Translations under genes and position numbers: made by a program
The notes under the pieces: generated by a model
The model's database searches: none
Told to the model about the DNA's origin: nothing
Seen by the model: only the letters and a program-made list of their open reading frames with translations
Source of the DNA: Octopus bimaculoides
Taxonomy: Eukaryota
Direction of reading: 5' to 3'
Assembly: GCF_001194135.2 (NCBI RefSeq)
Contig: NC_069003.1
Location: forward strand, 23,854,587-23,914,987
Length of the DNA stretch: 60,401 bases
Part shown: one piece after another, positions 38,838-50,249 of the stretch
Layout: each line of letters starts with the position of its first letter
How positions within the stretch are numbered: the stretch's first letter is position 1

Positions 38838-38895
38838 TCGGTAAGATTTGGTTCTGGAGACTCGGAAGGGGTTGGTGGTCCATAAGTACATGCTT
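38838..38895 (-). CDS. Double-PHD/SAM gene exon E (58-nt Pro/Ser linker)
   Basis: Acceptor TTTGTATTTCTACAG|. Encodes EACTYGPPTPSESPEPNLT. Donor GTGCGT. Phase 1 in, 2 out, which bridges exons D and F exactly. Confidence 0.7.
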
Positions 38896-39589
38896 CTGTA
38901 GAAATACAAACAGGAGAGAAACAACATTAATCTTAATGATAATGTTTACAGTGAGTTACTCTGATATGAGTTTTGAGCTTTAAGTAGCTGTTTTCAAACT
39001 GAAAAATGTAAGTTTTATGGTTGCTTAAATAGCAGAAGATTTTTTTTCTTACATGCAAAAAAACATATACACAAAAAAGGGTGAAAAATATTAAAAAGAT
39101 ATATATATATAAAAATTCAAAAGCATGTGTGAAGACTGACAACAAAAGAAGGAAGAAAGAAGGAAAAGAAGAAAAGGAAAAAGTAAATGAAATCAAGAAA
39201 AAATAAAAATAAATATATAAGTAAAAGTAAAAATAAAGGTAAGACTAATAGTAATTGAGAGGAGTGAGAAGGAGAGTTAAGTCCATCAAGAATAAAGAAA
39301 TGGAATATTTTGGAGTGGTCAATATTGATGTGTTCTTGTCAAAAGATGACCTGTGTGGTGCCTATTGATTTGTGGTCACCGATTCGCCTGTCTTTATGTT
39401 CTGAGTTCAAATACCACCGGGGTCAACTTTGCATTTCATCCTTTTGGGGGTCGATAAATTAAATACCAGTGAAACACTGGAGTTGATGTAATTGACTGGT
39501 CCCCTCCCCAGAAAGTAGAAAGGATTATTAAGATTAAAATAAAAATTATCCCCCACAAAAAAGCCACCTCTAACTCATATTTTTAAATA

Positions 39590-39890
39590 TATATATATAT
39601 ATGGTGGTTGTCTACTCCGTACACAGAGTTTGACCACCTCCTGTACCTACACCTTAGCCCTTTCATGGCGTCTGATGTGGCTTTTTAAACAAGACAATGT
39701 TCTGAAAAAACACCCACACAGATTGCACCTCTGATTTGAACTACCAATACCTGCAGGTAAGTTCTGCTCATTGTGGATACAAACATGTCTTTTAAGACCC
39801 CCATTGGATTTGCAAGCCCTCTGGCACACACCACATTCAAACGTGTGCACAGACATATAATCAGAATAGTTTGTTGAAGTTTGTTTTCCA
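39590..39890 (-). mobile_element. 5'-truncated LINE 3' end encoding two C2H2 zinc fingers
   Basis: CGVCQRACKSNGGLKRHVCIH and CNLCGCFFRTLSCLKSHIRRH, then a stop, a short UTR and a (TA)n tail. No plausible splice acceptor. Confidence 0.6.
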
Positions 39891-40204
39891 TGTACATATA
39901 TATATATATATACACATACAAGCTTCTTTCAGTTTCTGTCTACCAAATCCACTCACAAGGCTTTGGTTGGCCCGAGGCTATAATAGAAGACACTTGCTCA
40001 AGGTGCCATGCAGTGGGACTGAATGTGTAAACCATGTGGTTGGAAAGCAAGTTTCTTACCACACAGCCATGCTTATATCATCATCATCATCATCATTTAA
40101 TGTCCGCTTTCCATGCTAGCATGAGTTGGACGATTTGACTGAGGATTGGTGAACCAGATGGCTACACCAGGCTCCAGTCTGATTTGGCAGAGTTNNNNNN
40201 NNNN

Positions 40205-40246
<42 letters not shown>

Positions 40247-41089
40247 GCATATAATATATATATATATATATATATAAAATTTGTTTTTGGGAAGCGTTTT
40301 GAATATGCAAATAAAGCCCCTATTCCATTATGCTGGCCACAAACATGATCAACCTGATGTCCACAGATACTCTAAGGACTGCACTGTAATCATCCCAGAA
40401 ATACAAACTGGGATCTTAAGAGACATGTCATTTGTGGGAACACACATAGCAATGCATTAAATGTTTCTAAATTCCATCCAAGGATTATTGTTATTATTAC
40501 TATATATATATGCACAAGAGTGAATGGCTGTAAGAAAAGAGGTCTGTTATGAGCTGTAATCTCTGGGACACATGTGGCCAGAGCTTAGTCCAGATATCAT
40601 GGCATATAAGATTAAAACACTCCCCACTGGATAGGATACCAGTCCATCACAGGGTTAATTTCCCAACTGTTATTAGTATTATCCTTCTTGTTTGTTGTTT
40701 TAAACACTTGAGTGGTATTTAAGGTCTGAAATAAGGTGTGGCTGTGTGGTAAGAAGCTTGCTTCCCAATGACATAGTTCCATGTTCAGTCCCACTGCGTG
40801 ACACCTTGGGCTAGTGTCTTCTATTGTAGCCTCTGACCAACCTTGTGAGTGAATTTGGTAGACGGAAACTGAAAGAAGCCTGTCATATATATTTATTTCT
40901 CGCTAGATAGAGTACTTTTTTTTTGTTGAATTTTTTATCATGGATCAGTACATTATATATATATATGCTAAACCTACATGCTAAACTCACTGCTAACCCC
41001 TGCCTTAATGATTGCACCACTACCGTTAATCATCAATTACACCATTAATCATTGAGCCAAAATTTCCATAGTAACAACCAGACTAGAAC

Positions 41090-41520
41090 ATGTCCATACT
41101 CTAGTCAGGTGGTTATTAGGGAAAGCTATTTACCATGCTGATGACCTAATTTTAAAGGTCAATTCAATGAATGCTTCTTTAATTGAGTTGCTCAGGCTTC
41201 ACTAAATGCTTCCCTTGTATTCGTCTCTTTGGGGAGATAGCATGGGCAGTGCCTCTTTTGGAGCTGATTCTGTTCTGAATCATTTGTGCTAAGACTCTTT
41301 CTGCAACTTACACAATGCAGTCTACCAATTCTGGTGCATCTTATTTGTCTCTGTAGTAGTTTGCAATGATACTGTGATGTCACTCACTGGGTATGACCTT
41401 GTCCTCTGTTACCTGATTAATTATATCAATGACAAACATATGCCCTTACTTAACTAAATAACTTATTCATCTCCGTGACAATCCCTGAAGGTCCAGCAAC
41501 CTTTCTTTTATTCATATCCT
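41090..41520 (-). mobile_element. RTE-clade LINE RT N-terminal fragment
   Basis: The minus strand reads KVAGPSGIVTEM...VAERVLAQMIQNRI...GTAHAI, typical pre-RT/RT domain 0-1 motifs. Confidence 0.65.
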
Positions 41521-41567
41521 GTCTGACCTATGCAAGTATGGAGAACTGGATGTTGAAGAGATGAAAT

Positions 41568-41791
41568 CATCATCATCATCATCGTTTAATGTCCGCTTTC
41601 CATGCTGGCATGGGTTGGACGATTTGACTGAAGACTGGTGAAACCAGATGGCTACACCAGGCTCCAATCTGATCTGGCAGAGTTTCTACAGCTGGATGAC
41701 CCTTCCTAACGCCAACCACTCCGAGAGTGTAGTGGGTGCTTTTACGTGCCACCGGCACGAGGGCCAGTCAGGCGGTACTGGCACGGCCACA
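41568..41791 (-). mobile_element. RTE-type 3' tail repeat
   Basis: (CAT)n GTTTAATGTCCGCTTTCCATGCTGGCATGGGTTGGACG... Confidence 0.75.
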
Positions 41792-41792
41792 A

Positions 41793-41825
<33 letters not shown>

Positions 41826-42549
41826 TATGNNNNNNNNNNNNNNNNNNNNNNNNNNNNNNNNNNNNNNNNNNNNNNNNNNNNNNNNNNNNNNNNNNNNNNN
41901 NNNNNNNNNNNNNNNNNNNNNNNNNNNNNNNNNNNNNNNNNNNNNNNNNNNNNNNNNNNNNNNNNNNNNNNNNNNNNNNNNNNNNNNNNNNNNNNNNNNN
42001 NNNNNNNNNNNNNNNNNNNNNNNNNNNNNNNNNNNNNNNNNNNNNNNNNNNNNNNNNNNNNNNNNNNNNNNNNNNNNNNNNNNNNNNNNNNNNNNNNNNN
42101 NNNNNNNNNNNNNNNNNNNNNNNNNNNNNNNNNNNNNNNNNNNNNNNNNNNNNNNNNNNNNNNNNNNNNNNNNNNNNNNNNNNNNNNNNNNNNNNNNNNN
42201 NNNNNNNNNNNNNNNNNNNNNNNNNNNNNNNTCCCAGACCGGGCGTTGTGTGTGTTTACTGAGCGAAAACACCTAAAGCAGCATGAGGTTCTGGCAGGGG
42301 GTGGTGGCAACCCCCCATGTACCCTTTCACCCCAACTTTCTCTCACTCTTTCTTCCTGTTTCTTGAGTAACGCTGCGATAGACTGGCATCCTGTCAAGTT
42401 GGGAGGAACACATACGCCATAGAAACAGAGAAACCAGGCCCATGTCCTGTCAGCTATATTAGTATGAATTTTATACATTTCACACATTAGTAAGTTTGTT
42501 AAAAATACTAAGAACTGTAATATCGTTGTAGTACATACGTACAACTTAC

Positions 42550-42666
42550 CTTTCTTTATTGTCATCAGTTCCTCTGAAGAGGAGACAAGCTTGGAACTGT
42601 CATTGTCCTTGATGTCCTGTTTGCTACACATACTACAAACCCAATGACCCGCAATAGCTAGCTCAC
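42550..42666 (-). CDS. Double-PHD/SAM gene exon D (PHD2 WxCxxC and linker)
   Basis: Long polypyrimidine tract then CTTATCAG|. Encodes GELAIAGHWVCSMCSKQDIKDNDSSKLVSSSEELMTIKK. Donor GTAAGT. Phase 1/1. The exact acceptor is uncertain by 9 nt. Confidence 0.8.
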
Positions 42667-43696
42667 CTGATAAGAACAGAGAAGCAGAAGAAAACAAAAT
42701 TAGGAACAAGCTGAGGCAGAAGCTGAAATGTTTATCAGAAAAACACCATAAGTTGTTTATGTTAAGCAATGAATATGAAGAAGTAGATAGAACAACAGAT
42801 GCACTGATTATTAGCTGAATTGGTTGAGTAACTGATTACATGTGTAATTTAGTTACAAACCTTTACATTTGGAATTCAGATCTTTCCAAGGTCAATTTTT
42901 GCTTTTTAACCACATGATTCCGAGTTCAGTCCCACAGCATGGCACTTTGGCGAGTGTCTTCTACTACAGCATCGGCCCGATGAAAACCTTGTGAGTAGAT
43001 TTGGTAGATGGAAACTGAAAAAAGCCCATCGTGTATACATTTGTGTGTGTGTGTGTGTGTTTTCTCTACCCCACTGCTTGACAATCGGTGTTGGTGTGTT
43101 CATGTCCCCATCATTTAGTGGTTTGGCAAAAGAGACCAATAGAATAAGTACTAAAAATATTGAGGTTGATTCATTTGACTAATATTCCTCAAGACAGTGC
43201 TCCAGCATGGCCATGGTTTAATGATTGAAACAATAGAGAAGATAAAAGATATAGGGTTTTCAGCACAAAAGGCTAGTAAGGCCATGTGATTGCAACTAGA
43301 AAGTTACTCTCCGAGGCACAAGTCTGGGCAAGGTTGTTTATGGAAGACCAGCAGTCACACATGCCTACCAGCCTCCTCTCTCCACGCTATGGATGTTGTC
43401 CAAGGGAAAGGCAAAGGCCAATACAGTTTGGCACCTGTGACATCGCAACTCATTTCTACAGCTGAGTGAACTGGAGCAATGTGAAATAAAGTATCTTGCT
43501 CAAGAACAGAACACACAGCCCGGTCTGAGAATTGAACTAAATACCTCCTGATTGTGAGTCTGACACTGTAATGACGGAGCCGTGTGCTTTCACTGAATGG
43601 TACTGCAACAAGAAAACTAATATGTTGACAGGCAAACATGGAAAATGTATCTGAAGAGCCATGGAAATTTTTTTAAATCAAGGTTAGCGTACTTAC

Positions 43697-43778
43697 CTGA
43701 AGGACTTTTATCCAGAGGTGGGTACAAACACTGAACGTGGAAGCCTTTGTCACAAGAATAACAGACTAACATTGCAGG
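43697..43778 (-). CDS. Double-PHD/SAM gene exon C (PHD2)
   Basis: Encodes PAMLVCYSCDKGFHVQCLYPPLDKSPS. Acceptor TTGCAG|, donor GTAAGT. Phase 0 in, 1 out. Confidence 0.92.
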
Positions 43779-44095
43779 CTGCAATATAATTGAACAATAC
43801 AACATCATTACAGACTCTATGCATGTGTGGTGTGTGTGTGTGGGGGGGGGNNNNNNNNNNNNNNNNNNNNNNNNNNNNNNNNNNNNNNNNNNNNNNNNNN
43901 NNNNNNNNNNGGCAACCTGACAATTTCGTGCATGACAATTTGGTGCAAAGACAATTCAGTGCAACGTGTTTATGCATATGTGAAATTTAATTTAATTTAT
44001 TTTGTTTTCAAACACAAAGCCCAGTCTGGGAATCGAAACCGCAATCCTCCGACCACAAGTCTGCTGCTCTGACCACTGGGCCATTGCGCCTCCAC

Positions 44096-44138
<43 letters not shown>

Positions 44139-44326
44139 TAAAGTTTAATATAAACAGCCAAGCATGATACCAAAAAGGAAAAATTCAAAGCTAGAAATAA
44201 GAGTTAAAATACTCTTAATGTTGTAAGAAGAGTGCAAAAGATTATTTTAACTCTTATTTCTAGCAATGTAGGTGCTTCAGCATCCTTAGTCATACATATA
44301 GACATATATATATATATAAATATATA

Positions 44327-45685
44327 CACCCCTATCCAAAAGTTTAAGACAACCCACAAAAATTTGTGTCAAAGTGGAATTTTTAGTTCAATGTCATCAA
44401 TTTAAATCATTTTTTTGAGTATGAAAACATGGAATAGCATATTGCATGAAGTTTGGGGTTTATTTGATATGAAATAACACTATTTATACATATTTTATAT
44501 GCAAATAATCATGTCTTGACAGCAAGCCTGTTTGGGAATGTTGTCAAAATCATTTTAGTGTCCACTTTTAGGCAACATTGCAATACATTTTTATTATTTA
44601 CACTCCTTCTCTGTTACTATCGGTTGAGATGACATTACTTAATGACTGCATGAAATGTGTTATTTTTTGTTTGAGGTTCAATTATTAAAAATAAATAAAA
44701 TTAGTGAAATTCCTAAAAATCAACCTCAACATTGGCAAAGACCAGTAATTTATCACCTGAAAAGAGACAAAAGCATTGTCACTTTACATTGTGAAGTCTG
44801 TAGTTTTTGAGATGTAGCCAAAAAAAGTTGAAGTTTTCTACACTGCTGTCTGCTCTGCCATTGTATGGTATAATGAAACAGGAAAAAATAACAACTAAGT
44901 TCAATCAGGTCGTCCAAATGTGACTTCTGAATGACAGGATAAGTTCATCTGAGTCACCAGTCTTCAAAATAGGTGCCTGACAGCAAATGAAAATCGCTGC
45001 ACAAGTAAGTGAAGCTGGTGAAGCTAACGTGTCTCCTACAACCGTGAGGAGAAGACTTATTGCTGCCAATGAGTAACCTATGAATAAACAAAGCGACTCA
45101 TATGGGCCAGAAAACACCAAACCTGGAAAAGGGTCCCCTGGACTGATGAAACAAAGTTTGGAATCTCTGGATCCCCGTGTAGAGTTTATGCGAGGCAAAG
45201 AATTGCTAAACATGACTCCTGAGTGTATAGTTCCAGCTGGAAGAAGATGGATAAAAGAAAATGCTGACTGTAACAGAATAGCCAGCTCAATCCCTCGATT
45301 GCAATCCCATTGAAATTGTGTGGGGTGAATTGGATCACAGAGCCAAAAAGCGACAACCAAATAGTGCAGGAACCCTCTGGACACTCTTACAAGAGGAGTG
45401 GCAAAATATTACCAGTGAATATTTGCTTTCATTGGATGAAAGAATGCCTAGAGTATGCTCCGCAGTTATTAAGGGCAACGGCAGATATTTTGATGAATCT
45501 AAGACTTAGACTTTTTCTCTGATTTTTCACAGTTTTGCTTAGTTGCTGAGTTAATTATATCATCCAATAAATGTAAGTATACATACATGAATAAAATATT
45601 TCACCAGAATGTCTCCAGTTATTCCCATTTTGTAGATGCTTTTTCAAAATAAGTTTAGGTGATCTTAAACTTTTGGATAGTAATA
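44327..45685 (+). mobile_element. Decayed Tc1 (DD34E-type) transposon with internal deletion
   Basis: TIR core CTATCCAAAAGTTTAAGA at both ends. Remnants SGRPNVTSE, WTDETKF, CNPIEIVWGELD...GNGRYFDESKT*. Confidence 0.88.
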
Positions 45686-45750
45686 CATACAGTTGTAGTT
45701 TTTCCATGCTGGCAGTGTGGGCATACACACACACACACACACACATACAT

Positions 45751-45988
45751 CTTATTTCTTTATTGCCCACAAAGGGGCTAAACATAGAGGGGACAAACAA
45801 GGACAGACAAATGGATTAAGTCGATTATATCGACCCCAGTGCGTAACTGATACTTAATTTATCGACCCTGAAGGGATGAAAGATAATGTCGACCTCGGCG
45901 GAATTTGAACTCAGAACGTAATGGCAGACACGAAATACCGCTAAGCATTTCGGCTGGCGTTCTAACGTTTCAGCCAGCTCGCCGCCTT
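45751..45988 (-). mobile_element. SINE, same family as 1591
   Basis: Reverse complement of the head and core. Confidence 0.8.
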
Positions 45989-46546
45989 GTGTACGTGTGG
46001 ATGTGTAAATGTGTGGGTATGTGTGTGACAATATGAAAGAGATGATTGGTTTGCACAGGTCAAATGACATCCCCTCATCTGATAGAGGCAGCATGGTACA
46101 ATGAGTCGAAGAGACAGTGAGATGACGGAGAAGGAGTGAGACGATGGAGAAGGAGTGAGACGACGGAGAAGGAGTGATAGGGAGAGATAAGTGACAAGCA
46201 CACACAAACAAGTCAAAGAATAAACAACAAAGCATGACAAACAAGTCGTTAAACACTTGGGAAGATGAAATGGATACAGAGTCTCTTAATATCTGAGAGG
46301 TTAGTCTTTCCTCAGGAAGATAAAGAGAAACATACAGAAAGAGGGGGAAAGCTAGAGGGGAAGAGAGACAGAGAGAGAGGGGAGAAGATGATCAACCTAA
46401 TGTCCACACATACTACAGGCTGCACTGTAATCATCCCAGAAATACAAACTGGGATCTTAAGAGACATATCATTTGTGAGAACACACATAGCAATGCATTA
46501 AATGTTTCTAAATTCCATCCAAGGATTGTTATTATTATTATTATTT

Positions 46547-46576
<30 letters not shown>

Positions 46577-46577
<1 letters not shown>

Positions 46578-46696
46578 GGGAGAATTTACGAAAAAAACAA
46601 CAACAGACGAGGACAGGTGGTGTAAACAACAAAAGGATGTATTAGTTTAACGCTCAGGAATAGGAAAGTCTTTAACGTTTCGAGCTACGCTCTTCA
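46577..46696 (-). mobile_element. Penelope-like terminal repeat, truncated copy
   Basis: Near-identical to 115-222 (ATGGGAGAAT...AACGTTTCGAGCTACGCTCTTCA). Confidence 0.5.
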
Positions 46697-46859
46697 TATA
46701 TATGTAAATGTCGAATGTTGAAATGAGTGCTCAACACCGCATTGGTAGAAATATAATTTCTTTATTTTTGAATTAAGGCTACCATTGGTTTCATGTTAAG
46801 TGCACCCGAGCACTGTATACAATAAATTCATTATTTTCCCAATGTTGAAGGAAAAGTCG

Positions 46860-48070
46860 TACAATGTGGTGGTAATATTCCAGGTTTGAGAGAAATTCTG
46901 AAAGAAAGTGGCCATAATAATCCAGGTCTGAGAGGAATGGTGCTAGGATGTGGAAATAAATTCCATGTTTGGTAGGAATTATGTTAGAATGAGCCTGTAA
47001 TACACAATGCCAGATAGAAGCAATGCTTGAATGCGGTCATAATATTCCATGTATTAAAGGAAATGTGTCAGAATGTAATATTCCATAATTCAGAACAAGT
47101 GTGCTAGAAATCGGTTGTATATTCCAAGTTTGGAGGAACCATGCAAGAATGTGGTCATAAAATTCCATGTTTAAGAAGAACTGTATCCAAATGTCAGTGT
47201 AGTACTCCATATTTGAGAGGAATTCTGTAAGAAAGTGGTTGTAATATTCCATGTTTGAGAAGAATAGTATTAGAACGAGCTTGGTTCTTATAGTTCTGGG
47301 AGGAACTATGTTCAAATGTGGTCATAATATTCCAAGTTTAAGAACTGTATCCAAATGCCAGTGTAGTACTCCTTGTTTGAGAGAAATTCTGTAAGAAAGT
47401 GGTTGTAATATTCCATGATTGGGAAAAATAGTATTAGAACAAGCCTAGTTATTATAGTTCTGGGAGGAACTATGTTAAAATGTGGTCATAATATTCCAAG
47501 TTTGAGTAGAATTGTGTGAAAATGTTGCAATAATCCATGTTTGAGAAGAACGGTTTTAGAAAGGGGTTGAAAACTTCCTTGTTTTAGGAGAAATCAGAAT
47601 ACGTATGGAACCTTCCACATTTGGGAAGAACTGTATTACAATAATTTTTTTGTTTGGGGGAACTGTTTTAGAAAGAAGTTGTAATATTCCATGTCTGACA
47701 AGATCCATGTTAGAATGTGGTTGTATTATTCCATGTTTGAAAGAAACTGTAGCAGAATTTTTTTAATATTCCATGTTTAAGGAGAACTATGTTAAAATGT
47801 GGATGTAATGTTAAATGTTTGAGAGGAAGTGCTTTAGAATGTTTATTATTCAACATTTGTGAAGAATTGTCTAAAAACGAGGATGTAAAATTCTGTGTTT
47901 GAGATGATTTTTTTTTTTTTTTCTTAAATTGTAATATTCCATTTTTTGGAGGAATTATGTTAGAATGAACCTGTAATAAGCAACACCTGAGAGAAACTGT
48001 GTTCGAATATGATCATAATTCCATGTGTGTAATGAAATGCGTGAGAAGGTAATATTCCATAAGAGGAAGA
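46860..48070. repeat. ~41-bp degenerate minisatellite, ~28 units
   Basis: TAATATTCCATGTTTGAGAGGAA..G..AGAA.GTGG recurs contiguously. Confidence 0.9.
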
Positions 48071-48227
48071 AGAGGAACAGTAAGGGCTTTGAGAAAGAGG
48101 GAGGAACAGAGTGGGTAAGTTTCTTAAAGGTTGACGGGGATGGGTGTGGAATGGGTGTGAGTGTGAGTGAATAAAAAAAAAAGGAAAAATAGAGAAACAG
48201 AATAAAAAAGAAAAATTTGAAACTCAC

Positions 48228-48337
48228 ATTTCCTGGGTCTTTACATATGCTGCACACCTTACAGGTGGGACATTGCCACGGCGATTGATGAACACGAAGA
48301 GCAAGTTCTGGAGTGTAGTTCATACAGGAAGGGTGTG
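48228..48337 (-). CDS. Double-PHD/SAM gene exon B (PHD1 C-half, PHD2 start)
   Basis: Encodes AHPSCMNYTPELALRVHQSPWQCPTCKVCSICKDPGN. Acceptor TTTTTACAG|, donor GTGAGT. Phase 1 in, 0 out. Confidence 0.92.
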
Positions 48338-48768
48338 CTGTAAAAAGACAGTTACAGTATTACAGTACAGTACAGTGCAGTAGTGGTGGTGTGAAGTATG
48401 GTACATAGTGTGGTACTATGGTGTATAAGTATGGCACAGTGTGGTATACAGTATGGTGCACTTCTCTTCCCCACATTTCCACTTCATGCACTGGGTTTAT
48501 GTCCCGCTAAGCCTAATCCCGTTAGCTTCCGACCTGCGTGTTCCACCCATACCCTGTCTCACTGTATCATTGCCTATGCCCGGTACTTTGCCACCATCTC
48601 TACTCTGATGTCTCACCCACCTCTTTCTCTCTCTCTCCCCTCCAGTACTTCCCTCAGGTTGGGTAACTATGTATTTCTTTTCGGGTAACGCACCTGTTTT
48701 TGTCTTCATTCTTGATCTCTCTCTCTCTGGCCAGGTAACCTTGTACCTCCTCTACAGAAAGACACTTG

Positions 48769-49009
48769 TTTCTTATTTCTTTATGGCCCACAAAGGGGGC
48801 CTACACACAGAGGAGACAAACAAAGACAGACAAATGGTTTAAGTCAATAATATCGACTCCAGTGTGTAACTGGTACTTATTTAATTGACCCCGAAAGGAT
48901 GAAAGGCAAAGTTGACCTTGGCAGAATTTGAACTCAGAACGTCACGGCAGACGAAATACCGCTAAGCATTTCGCCCGGCGTGCTAACGATTCTGCCAGCT
49001 TACCGCCTT
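48769..49009 (-). mobile_element. SINE, same family as 1591
   Basis: Reverse complement of the head and core. Confidence 0.8.
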
Positions 49010-49434
49010 TCTGTCTCTCTGCTTCACCTTTCATCATCCGACACAAGATCACCTCTTCCCATGTCCCCTCCCCTCTAAAGAGAGTTTTTTTTTTTTTGTC
49101 TTTCAAGTTACTTGGTGATCCTATCACTGCAGGTACCACTTAAGCATCCAGTCCACACTGTAAAGTGGTTGACATTTGGAAGGGCATCCAACTGTAAAAA
49201 CCTTGCCAAAACTGATCTCACCTGGTGCTTGTGCCACATAAGAAGCAGTAAGTCCATTCTGCTGAGTGGTTGGTGTTAGGTAGGGCATCCAGCTGTAAAA
49301 ACCTTGCCAAAATCGACCTTGGCTGGGCTTGTGCCATGTAAAAAACATGAAGTCCACTCTGCTGAGTGGTTGGTGTTAGGAAGGGCATTCAGCTGTAAAA
49401 ACCCTGCCAAAACAGTTATAGAAGTCTACGGATC

Positions 49435-49780
49435 TAGATAAATAGCTCAGTGGTTAGAGTGTTGAGCTCACAATCATGAGGTGCTGAGTTCAATTCCCAG
49501 ACTGGACTGTGTGTTGTGTTCTTGAGCAAGACACTTTATTTCATGCTGTTCAGTTCACTCAGCTATAGAAACGAGTTACAACATCACAGGTGTCAAGCTG
49601 AACTGACCTTTGCTTTTCCCTTGGATAACATTGGTGATGCGGAGAAGGGAAGCTGGTATGCATGGGTGACTGCTGGTCTTCCATAAACATCCTTGTCTGG
49701 ACTTGTGCCTCGGAGGGTAATTTTCTCAGTACAATCCCATGGTCATTCAAAACCAAAGGGGATCTTTACCCTTTTTTATC
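49435..49780 (+). mobile_element. tRNA-derived SINE (fourth family)
   Basis: TAGCTCAGTGGTTAGAG...GAGTTCAATTCC head. Body shared with 35770-36100(-), 43270-43575(-) and 51375-51585. Confidence 0.7.
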
Positions 49781-49906
49781 TACCTCTCTATCTAGTTAGT
49801 TATCTAGAAAGTTAGATGCAGAGTGAGACATCAACAGGGACATACAGAGCTAGATAGGCTCTGTGTCTGTGTGTGTCAACAGTAAAAATTTATAATTAAA
49901 TCTGAC

Positions 49907-50060
49907 CTTTGGTGTTGCAGTCTTTACAGCAAAGCAGTTCCTCTTCTTGGTTACCACAGTTCATATCGGGAGGACGCTGGCAAAAATCACATTTGGTGAT
50001 GCCATGTATTGCAACCGGCATCTCAGCTTGAAAGTCAGGGCCATGGGTCTTGAGGAATTT
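49907..50060 (-). CDS. Double-PHD/SAM gene exon A (PHD1 N-half)
   Basis: Minus-strand acceptor TTTTCTTGCAG|. Encodes KFLKTHGPDFQAEMPVAIHGITKCDFCQRPPDMNCGNQEEELLCCKDCNTK. Donor GTCAGA. Phase 0 in, 1 out. Confidence 0.9.
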
Positions 50061-50249
50061 CTGCAAGAAAATATAAAAATAAGTCATTTTAAGATTTGAA
50101 GTCGTCGAGTAGGCATGCAGACAATTTTAGAAGTACATACTTGGTTCAAAATGTATAGAAAATAAAAGACAAAGACAGGTGAGGGGACAACAAGCAGGTG
50201 TATTAGTTTGATACTCTGGAAGAATGGAAAAGTCTTTGATGTTTCATGG

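Noticed and set aside
46860-48070. 41-bp periodic array as a CRISPR
   Set aside because: Units are contiguous and degenerate with no unique spacers, there are no cas genes, and the context is a eukaryotic intron.
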